DNA of 64,000 nucleotides from a virus (Duplodnaviria; Caudoviricetes): IMG/VR virus record IMGVR_UViG_3300014208_000002, positions 64,001 to 128,000 of that record; one strand, 5' to 3'. Shown piece by piece: positions 56,396 to 64,000 of this stretch (position 1 is its first letter; each line of letters starts with the position of its first letter). The notes under the pieces were generated by a model. It saw only the letters and a program-made list of their open reading frames with translations, ran no database searches and was not told where the DNA came from. The position numbers and the translations under genes were made by a program.

Positions 56396-56810
56396 CTTTT
56401 AAAAAAGCCCGAAAAACACCTTTCTTAAATTTTTCATCTCCCATAGTTAGCTGTTCCAAAAAATCTTTATAAGCAAAAGGGTCTTCTACCATTTTTTGAA
56501 TAAGCTCTATTCGCTCAGGACTATTATTGTTGTAAATAGAGGGGGCAGGAGAGTATTTTTCTTCTTCACTATCATTATCAGCCCCTTCTTCCTCTTCTTC
56601 TTTAAGATAATCTTCCCCAAGATTATTAAAAACTTCATAGATAGTACTTATAGGAATATTGAGGTTAACGAGAAAATTATACATATTTCCACATATACGA
56701 TAAAGTTGACTATCCTCTGGTTCATCCGATAAACGATATGTTCGGTCTATTGTGGTTACTGCTTCATCATTATCTTCTACGATAAGTTGAAGCTTAAATG
56801 TTTTCTTCAT
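56361..56810 (-). CDS. acidic hypothetical protein
   Basis: ORF with poly-Glu tract. Confidence 0.6.
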   Translation of the reverse strand: MKKTFKLQLIVEDNDEAVTTIDRTYRLSDEPEDSQLYRICGNMYNFLVNLNIPISTIYEVFNNLGEDYLKEEEEEGADNDSEEEKYSPAPSIYNNNSPERIELIQKMVEDPFAYKDFLEQLTMGDEKFKKGVFRAFLKDVYEDEEKPND

Positions 56811-57747
56811 TTATTGACTCCTCATTTTCAGGTTTTTTTATTTTCAAGGCTTCACACAAAATATCATCTACTCGTTCATAATCTAAATATGAAATTCGTA
56901 AAAGTGTATAACCGTTCTCCTCACACCAGAGACTTTTTAATTCGTCGTGGTATTTTGTGTATTCTAAACTTGACTTAAATGTTCCATTATCAAATGCTCG
57001 GGATTTAAAATGTTGTTCTCCATCATACTCAATTATCATATTATAGTCTGGAATAAAAAAATCAAAAGGAAGAGGCTTTTTATCCCGACAAGTTTTAAAC
57101 CGTTTTTCTTGTTCACAGTCTATACCATGTCTATCTAAAAAATCTCGAATCCTTTTTTCTCCATGAGAGTCTAAACACGAAGAACATCCTTGCCCTACTA
57201 AATGTTTAACTGGAGATTGAAAAAAAGACCCATGTTTATTACAAATAATCTCCACCTTTGTTGCACTTTCTATATATTGTACTTTTGAATAATCATATTT
57301 ATCTCCGTGAACCTCTTTTGCTTTTCTAATAAAAATTTCTGTATCATAAGCTCTTTTTTCACAACCTTTCTCTCTTCCACAAAAAGTACAACCATAAGTA
57401 CTTTGTAAATGCTGAAAAGGAGTCATAGAAAATTGACCATGAACAGGACATATAATATCAATTATATTTCTACAACCTACATACTTTACATAAGAATAAT
57501 CAAATGTATTCCCAAACTTATTTTTAGCCTTTTCTAAAAAGGATTCCTTACCTCGACTCGTATATTTTGAACATCTTGGACAACCAGAGCCATTAAGATG
57601 ATTATGCATACTTTGAGCAAAAATACCATGACAAGGGCAAATAATATCAACAATTCCTGTTATTTTAACACAATCTAAAAGTGCAGTATATAAATACTTA
57701 TTTTTATGTATCTTTTCTGCACGAGTTAAAAATACTTCTTTAATCAA
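56794..57747 (-). mobile_element. homing-endonuclease-like protein with DUF723-type repeats and C-terminal PD-(D/E)XK nuclease
   Basis: Repeats FxxKAKxxHGDKYDYSKVxY...IICxxHGxF; C-terminal LPFDF...IEYDGEQH...LLRI. Confidence 0.8.
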
Positions 57748-57748
57748 C

Positions 57749-58348
57749 CTATCTTTCCTCTTTCATTCTCTCTTCATAGTCATCGTAAATCTCATTTAAG
57801 AAAATACTCTTATTCAAGAAAGTAGTAAACAAAGCTTCTTTATTCGTTGCTTCACGATACTGCCGAAGAAAAATAGTGACGGGGGACCGCAACTTATACC
57901 TATAGCAACGATTTTCATTGAGATTGCGAATAAATAACTCATCCCGCATTGTAATAATTTTTTCTATCCGCCAAACTTCTTTACTTATTACTTCTTTCTT
58001 CGCATCCAAATAACTCATAGGGTCTTTTCCGCTTGTGGCAAATTCGTTTAGTTCCTCAGCGGAATACTCAACATATTCCTTTTTCGTTATTTGAAATTGA
58101 GGATAAAACTTTTCAAGAAGAATATCTTTTATATCTTTAATATTCTCCTTTACTGTCTTGGAAAAGTCAAACTTTGAAGAGAACAACAGATTTTTATTCT
58201 CTTCTGACTCATTCATGTAAATTGAAACGCCATTTGGGGTTAACATAAAAGACATAGGAATTGGTGCTTTGTGGGCAAAACTCGTAAATCGTTTATTAAA
58301 CTCCTTATGAAACTCTGGACCTGCGACCGAACTTTTTTCGACTAACAT
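57749..58348 (-). CDS. hypothetical protein
   Basis: GAGGAG SD. Confidence 0.65.
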   Translation of the reverse strand: MLVEKSSVAGPEFHKEFNKRFTSFAHKAPIPMSFMLTPNGVSIYMNESEENKNLLFSSKFDFSKTVKENIKDIKDILLEKFYPQFQITKKEYVEYSAEELNEFATSGKDPMSYLDAKKEVISKEVWRIEKIITMRDELFIRNLNENRCYRYKLRSPVTIFLRQYREATNKEALFTTFLNKSIFLNEIYDDYEERMKEER

Positions 58349-58396
58349 AAAGTCTCCTCTTTATTTTGCAATCTATTTTGCAAACATTCATTAGAT

Positions 58397-59470
58397 TCAG
58401 TCCTCAGATAATAGGACTGCTACAACATGCAAGTTATTAGTAGCAGTTCCAACTATATTTATAAGTCTGTTTGGTTCTTGCTCAGGATTAAACTGAATCT
58501 TTATCTTCTCATCTGGCATTGCTTCAAGCGCCCGTGCCGTAAGTCCCCGCATTACCATAAAGGACTCTCCGACTATTTCTGGAGAGCAATCCTCTATAGG
58601 AATAGACCTTTTGGCTATTTCCGCACCTTTAGCTTCCAAAATAAGAATATTTTCTGTTTCTATCTTGAAACTAATGGGGTCTGTAGATAAATTGGATGTA
58701 AAAATCTTAAAAAAGCCCATTTGGTCGGATAATTCCTTTTTATTGACAGTAAAGGAAGTAGCATGATTATAGCCTTCTACCCAAAAAGGTTCATCAACTG
58801 GTGGGACTAGAAGACTCTCTACTGTTGGAGCCATAACCAAAAAATTATTATTATCAAAAGAAAGAAAGAAAGACTCCATATCTTCCTTATAAAGGAGGTT
58901 TACACCATAAGATTCAGCTATAAGTGCTATTCTTAAAACATAATCAGGCAATTTAATGCTTGGAAAGTCAACACTATGATTCGTTTCAAAAACTCGATAG
59001 CCATCACTGGAAATGATCCGCTTTTCCTTCATAGAAATTCCAGCATAGTTACTGTCAATATTATTTGTCCCGGTAAACTGTACCGCCAAACGAAGTGCTT
59101 CAAATACATCGCTTGCAATTGTTATTGTTGTATAGTCTGTTGTATCAAAATTAAGAAGATCAAAAGTCTCATTATAAGCAGTTAGCTTGAACTTATCCTC
59201 TCCATTGGCGAACTCCAAATTTTCATCAATTTCAAAAAAATCATAAGCTTGACAAATAGTCAGAAACTTTTCCATATCTACAAAAAAGTTATCTATCTTA
59301 TCCCCCTCATATTTAAATGCAAATCGTCCAGCGAGATTAGGGTTAATGAGGTAGCCAAAGGAGTCTTCAAAATTAAGATAAATACTTTTACTTTTTTGGT
59401 CATCATTGCTATGGAACTTCTCAATAATCTTGGAATACTTCTTAAAACTCTCAGTGTATAACTTCATCAA
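58397..59470 (-). CDS. DNA polymerase sliding clamp (DnaN/beta-like)
   Basis: 357 aa; ISSDGYRV (cf. ATDGHRL), three-domain spacing; size matches beta clamp. Confidence 0.6.
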   Translation of the reverse strand: MMKLYTESFKKYSKIIEKFHSNDDQKSKSIYLNFEDSFGYLINPNLAGRFAFKYEGDKIDNFFVDMEKFLTICQAYDFFEIDENLEFANGEDKFKLTAYNETFDLLNFDTTDYTTITIASDVFEALRLAVQFTGTNNIDSNYAGISMKEKRIISSDGYRVFETNHSVDFPSIKLPDYVLRIALIAESYGVNLLYKEDMESFFLSFDNNNFLVMAPTVESLLVPPVDEPFWVEGYNHATSFTVNKKELSDQMGFFKIFTSNLSTDPISFKIETENILILEAKGAEIAKRSIPIEDCSPEIVGESFMVMRGLTARALEAMPDEKIKIQFNPEQEPNRLINIVGTATNNLHVVAVLLSED

Positions 59471-59552
59471 TTTCTCCTTGGGAAGGTCTTATCATATAAT
59501 ATAACCTGAAAAAAGAGATAGTTCAAGTGGAAAAAGCTACTAATATGGCATA

Positions 59553-59966
59553 ATGTTGCCAATACAGCAAATTTTTATAAAACCAAGCACACCTAAATTA
59601 TGTGCCTACACAATAAATACCTCTCCCGATCTTCATTCAATGACTTATGAAGAAATGTATTTTTTTATTGCCCGGCTAGTCTCTCCAGAGGCGGCTAATA
59701 AGGCAAAAGAGCTTATTGATAAAAAAGAAGCCTTTTTTGTAGATATAGAAGAAAATAAAGTATATGAACTTTCTATAGATTATTATGCCGCTGAACAAGA
59801 AGCAAGAAAAATACTTACTAAAATAGATAAGAAAGTAATAGAAAACTTAGTATATAAATCACAAACTCCCGAGCAAAAAAATCCAGTATTAGGAATAGAC
59901 CTTCAGAATAGGATACAACGGTCAATTTTAGGAATAGGCGGAGATAATAATGAAAAGAATAGATGA
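59553..59966 (+). CDS. hypothetical protein
   Basis: First plus-strand gene; overlaps the start of the giant ORF. Confidence 0.65.
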   Translation: MLPIQQIFIKPSTPKLCAYTINTSPDLHSMTYEEMYFFIARLVSPEAANKAKELIDKKEAFFVDIEENKVYELSIDYYAAEQEARKILTKIDKKVIENLVYKSQTPEQKNPVLGIDLQNRIQRSILGIGGDNNEKNR

Positions 59967-62900
59967 AGCATTTTATGATACAAATACTAAAAGTTCTTTT
60001 ATCGGAGACTCTAATAAAATAAACGAAGCTCTTCATATAACTTGGTTAGGTCTTCTTTCTGTACGACAGATAACAGGAAATTCTTTTCGTATAAAAAAAT
60101 TACTTCGCTCTGATAAAGACCTAAATATAACAAGTATTACAGACGACAATAACGATCTAAGCCTTATTGTTAAATTAGCGAATGATGCTGGAATAGTAAA
60201 CAATATAACTGCTAAAAAAATGATTCTGTTTCTTAGAAGTTTAAAACTAAATCCTGATGACCCTATAGATGAAACAATTATTCGTGATTGGTTTGATGGG
60301 TATTCTAAAATATCTCTTCCTAATAATGTTAAAATAAGAGCCATACGAAAACAATTTGTAGATGGAAAAACCTTAGCCGATTGTATTTTTGATGTTTGGT
60401 CTTATTTAAGAATGAATAAAAAAGTTTTAGCTGATACCAATGTTTTTCAATTTGTAAAGCATACAATGTATTTCCCCCCCAAGGGTTCTATAATAGATAA
60501 AAAAGGTGGAAATGCTACAACTGCCGCTACCCCCGCTTCAACTCTTGTCTCTGCACCATCTTCTGCACAAGCCCCTATAAAAAGAGGTCGGGGACGACCA
60601 AGAAAAATTATTGATCCAAATCAAGTTATAGCACAAGTTAACATACAAACTTCTACAACAGTTAACACCCCGACTCAAACAACAGCAAATGATAAACTGG
60701 ATATAGATAAAATAAATGCATATATTCTGCAATTTGACTCATTAACAGGGTTTAAAAACTTACCAGACAAGAATCTAATAAATGATAGAAATTTTATTGC
60801 GTCTCGTTTTTTTAGTACTTATCATGTATCAACAATTTTATCATCGCTTTTTGACTTAATAAAAGAAGGTACAGGAGAATCAGATAGATCAAAAATAGTT
60901 GATTTCTTTCACGATGAATTAGAAGACCTCTTAAAAATGAATCTGGGACTTATCAATCATACGAATCTTCGCACAAGTTCTTTAGAACAACTTGTAAAAA
61001 TTATCTTTATATTATCAGGGTTTGATGATATAACAACAGACTTTTTTGAGAATAATATAAAAGAAATTTATAGCTCAATTAAAGCTACAAATGGAGCAGG
61101 AGAGAGTTTCCTTGATCAGACTGCTTATCATATTTGGAATACACCTATCTTAATAAAGTTTCTTATAAAAGATGAAATAGGTTCTTCTGTAAAAGACCTT
61201 TATTCTTTTGTTTATAAAATTTTTGGCAGTCAAATAAAATATATGAACGCTGTAAGCACAGAAGCAAAAGTTCAAGATATGAAATTATCTAATATGAGAA
61301 AGATAATGCCTTATATTGAACAAAAATTTGATATAGAAAAAATAATTAGTGATGAGTTTGTATCTTTTTCTTATAAAGGTGTTCCACAAAAGAGTAGTAG
61401 ACCTTCTTATTCATATCGTAGTAGACCAAGATCATCAAGAGTTAATTCTACTGAAACAAGATATCTTCCTTTCTTTGTTCTGGATTGTTTTATTGAAGAT
61501 AATATAATTACTGAAAAAGATGTTTATTTAACAGTAAAAAATAAATATGAAACTTCTGCGGAACGCTATAAATACATTGACTTACTCAATTACTTTGGAA
61601 AAAAGTATCGGGAAACATTAGATGTATCTTTAATGTCAGATGCAGAATATATTGATTTACAAAAACAAGAAAGTAATATGAATGCTTATGCTCGTTATCT
61701 TAAACTAATAGAACATAACAGAGAAAACCTATTAGACAATGATGAGTTTATTACAATATTGGAAAGTAATTCTTTTAATTCTTTATATGATGATATTCCT
61801 TTACTACTTTCAAAAGGCGAAGGTGTAAGTGCTTTAATAAAAAAAATATATTCTTACTATAGTCGTTATACTAAACTATTTTCTTTGATTCTTAAATATT
61901 TTATAAAAGAAAAAATACTTAATAATTATAATTTATACCCTACTAATTTTTGGGAATTATATGATTATCTTCCCAGTGATTTAGAAAAAGAAAATTTATT
62001 AAAAATGCTGTCTAATAAAGATAATATAAATAAAGCTCCTACTTTTATAACGCTTCTTATGATGGGCGTAGGAACCGGAAGAATAAAATATGATTATATA
62101 ACACAGTGGATAAAAGATAATTCTTTCTTTAAAGAAGGAAAGTTCTCTTATGGCTCCGAAATAGATAAAGATAGAAACGATGCTTTATCTCAAGCTGATT
62201 GGGATTCTAATAAAAAGTTTGGAAAAATATTCCTTATTGATTTTATTCTAAAAGAGGGAGATAATGCAGATAACTATTTTTCAAACGATAATTATTTTCT
62301 TTATCAATTATTAGACAACTATGTTGAATATGAAGAAAAAGATTGGATGCTTAGTAAAGAATTATCTAATCTGATGGTTGTGGAAAAAGACAAACTCAAT
62401 CAGTTTATTTTAGGAGATTACATCCCAACTGGTAATGCTCTATCGTATGTTTATAAGTCAGTTGTAAAATCTTTTATTCCAAAACAAAATATATTTGAGA
62501 TAATGTATAATAAAATAAAAAAGGATTTTTCTTCTTCTGCTTCATTGCAAAATTTTGATAGTCTTACCTATGTTAGAAATAAATCACAAACCTTTGATTT
62601 TTCATTCTCTGCATTTATGGACTTCCTTTCAAAAGTTGACCCAAAATTATTTTCTGAAATGGCTTTAGTCGCTCCTACTGCCCGTGATTTATTTTCAATA
62701 TTTCTTACTGGAGTTCCTGATTCCATAGAGCCTAAATTAAAAGAACATGCTGTTAATCTCCTATCTAAAGAAAATAATGATCCTTCTTATAGATGGCGAG
62801 GAGATAATATACAGAAAGTTCTTACTGATTGGTCTAAAGTTTATTATTATAAAGACATCGTTCTTTTATTTATTTCTAATACTAATTTCCGAGCGAGCAT

Positions 62901-64000
62901 AAAAAGCGCACGAAGAGTATGGAAGTTTATTGATACAGTGTTTACTTATATAACAGATAAAGATACATTCCAGGGAAATAAGCCTGTAGAAGACTTTCTT
63001 GAATGGTTTGAAAAAAACAATCGTAATAAGTTCTCTCTTCTCATGACACGAAAATTAGCTTATATGAAAGACTCTATCCAATTAACAAAGATTCTTGAAG
63101 ATAAACATAATCCTCTTCCATTAAGTGATAGTGTAAAATCTGACCCTAAATTAGTTCTCAAGTATCTTTCTGTAAATGACAGAACATTAGACCTTGATGA
63201 AACTAATTTTAAAGATTTACTTCCTCCAAAAGATAAGGGAGAAAATTTATTCACTTACATGGACAGGCTTACTAATGCTACTTCTGATATAGTAAAAGCA
63301 TATAATGATAAAATTCCTGATCCAAAAGTAATTCCTACAGATATATCGGACAAAGACCTCTATGAACTTTCACTTGATTTTAATCATAGGTATAATATAA
63401 AAAGACATGGTGATTTGGGATTTAAAATCTTAAAGGTTTTTGAGAGCAACCCCAGCAATAAACAAGAGTTTGAAGACTTCTATAAAGAACTTCAAGCCGC
63501 TGGTAAAAATCCCCTCATTGTTGCTGAACCTCTTTTTCATGGAACAGGAACATTGGCCGCTAATATGATTCTTAGATATTTTTTCCTTCCTTCTATTAGA
63601 GGAGACTCTGTAAAAGTATTTGGACAAAAAATAGGTTCAGGAGATAGTTTGGGTAATGGGGTTTATTTAGCTCCTGGATTAGATAAAGCATTAAGTTATA
63701 TGACAGATAATGCTCGTAATTATAATCAAGCGGCTGGAAATATAGGGTATATCCTTCAATGTAAAGCTATTCTCTATGATGAGGGAGTTGGCTTCAACCA
63801 AGCTAAAGGTTCTCAAAGTTGGAAAAGTAATGAGTATTGTATTCACACTGACCCTCCTACAAAAGCTGTACTCGTAGAAAAAGTATATTATGGTATGTCT
63901 ATACCAATTAGAGAGTTAGAAGATGAATGGGCAAAAAGAGGAATAACAACTCCTCCTGGAGCAAGTGCCTATGGCGACCTGTCAACCTTAAAAGCAGGAA
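59950..64000 (+). CDS. giant protein (>1350 aa, runs off window) with AT-hook and PARP-like ADP-ribosyltransferase domain
   Basis: Manual translation from ATG at 59950 (MKRIDEAF...); absent from ORF track, presumably because no stop occurs in the window; KRGRGRPRK at 60580-60606; LFHGT...GNGVYLA...KALSY...NEYCI at about 63530-63845. Confidence 0.85.
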   Translation, partial: MKRIDEAFYDTNTKSSFIGDSNKINEALHITWLGLLSVRQITGNSFRIKKLLRSDKDLNITSITDDNNDLSLIVKLANDAGIVNNITAKKMILFLRSLKLNPDDPIDETIIRDWFDGYSKISLPNNVKIRAIRKQFVDGKTLADCIFDVWSYLRMNKKVLADTNVFQFVKHTMYFPPKGSIIDKKGGNATTAATPASTLVSAPSSAQAPIKRGRGRPRKIIDPNQVIAQVNIQTSTTVNTPTQTTANDKLDIDKINAYILQFDSLTGFKNLPDKNLINDRNFIASRFFSTYHVSTILSSLFDLIKEGTGESDRSKIVDFFHDELEDLLKMNLGLINHTNLRTSSLEQLVKIIFILSGFDDITTDFFENNIKEIYSSIKATNGAGESFLDQTAYHIWNTPILIKFLIKDEIGSSVKDLYSFVYKIFGSQIKYMNAVSTEAKVQDMKLSNMRKIMPYIEQKFDIEKIISDEFVSFSYKGVPQKSSRPSYSYRSRPRSSRVNSTETRYLPFFVLDCFIEDNIITEKDVYLTVKNKYETSAERYKYIDLLNYFGKKYRETLDVSLMSDAEYIDLQKQESNMNAYARYLKLIEHNRENLLDNDEFITILESNSFNSLYDDIPLLLSKGEGVSALIKKIYSYYSRYTKLFSLILKYFIKEKILNNYNLYPTNFWELYDYLPSDLEKENLLKMLSNKDNINKAPTFITLLMMGVGTGRIKYDYITQWIKDNSFFKEGKFSYGSEIDKDRNDALSQADWDSNKKFGKIFLIDFILKEGDNADNYFSNDNYFLYQLLDNYVEYEEKDWMLSKELSNLMVVEKDKLNQFILGDYIPTGNALSYVYKSVVKSFIPKQNIFEIMYNKIKKDFSSSASLQNFDSLTYVRNKSQTFDFSFSAFMDFLSKVDPKLFSEMALVAPTARDLFSIFLTGVPDSIEPKLKEHAVNLLSKENNDPSYRWRGDNIQKVLTDWSKVYYYKDIVLLFISNTNFRASIKSARRVWKFIDTVFTYITDKDTFQGNKPVEDFLEWFEKNNRNKFSLLMTRKLAYMKDSIQLTKILEDKHNPLPLSDSVKSDPKLVLKYLSVNDRTLDLDETNFKDLLPPKDKGENLFTYMDRLTNATSDIVKAYNDKIPDPKVIPTDISDKDLYELSLDFNHRYNIKRHGDLGFKILKVFESNPSNKQEFEDFYKELQAAGKNPLIVAEPLFHGTGTLAANMILRYFFLPSIRGDSVKVFGQKIGSGDSLGNGVYLAPGLDKALSYMTDNARNYNQAAGNIGYILQCKAILYDEGVGFNQAKGSQSWKSNEYCIHTDPPTKAVLVEKVYYGMSIPIRELEDEWAKRGITTPPGASAYGDLSTLKAG

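Noticed and set aside
344-59461. Many short plus-strand ORFs in the ORF track (e.g. 1102-1557, 5491-6189, 47848-48264)
   Set aside because: They overlap well-supported minus-strand genes or tRNAs, have no SD sites and show low-complexity translations.
1-64000. Stop-codon reassignment
   Set aside because: Long conserved genes (PolA, topoisomerase, SbcC, RtcB) translate intact with code 11, and no canonical CTA/TCA/TTA suppressor tRNA was found.
1-64000. CRISPR array, rRNA or group I intron
   Set aside because: No regularly spaced repeats or rRNA motifs were seen; tRNA-Leu(TAA) and the core genes examined are uninterrupted.

Overview
AT-rich fragment of a large lytic dsDNA phage genome (T4-like/jumbo-myovirus style). 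Genes from 1 to 59470 are almost all on the minus strand, with many near-consensus sigma70 promoters (TTGACA-N17-TATAAT); transcription diverges at about 59.5 kb. The left part is a replication/recombination module: sigma factor, two-subunit topoisomerase II, family A DNA polymerase, DHH phosphoesterase, SbcC/gp46 ATPase, NUDIX hydrolase and SNF2 helicase. It is mixed with many small hypothetical genes and auxiliary genes (NADAR, Pth2, GMP reductase, metallophosphoesterases, HAD phosphatase, RtcB, ThyX-like, thioredoxin). From about 36.7 to 53.5 kb there is a tRNA cluster with 21 tRNAs; a further tRNA-Arg lies at 19.1 kb, making 22. Several are non-canonical, and they are interspersed with degenerate tRNA-like elements, free-standing nucleases and several unannotated structured RNAs. 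The right end carries a 5'-3' exonuclease, a DnaN-like clamp and a >1350-codon plus-strand ORF missing from the ORF track, which has an AT-hook and a PARP-like H-Y-Y-E ADP-ribosyltransferase domain. Best leads: (1) this giant PARP-like protein, alongside candidate ADP-ribose erasers; (2) a circularly permuted tRNA-like RNA (Y RNA/YrlA-like topology) at 30.5-30.7 kb in an RNA-repair neighbourhood; (3) a roughly 550-nt structured ncRNA at 54.2-54.8 kb; (4) class-II-scaffold tRNAs with Ile(UAU) and Cys anticodons. All family assignments come from motif recognition by eye; no searches were run.
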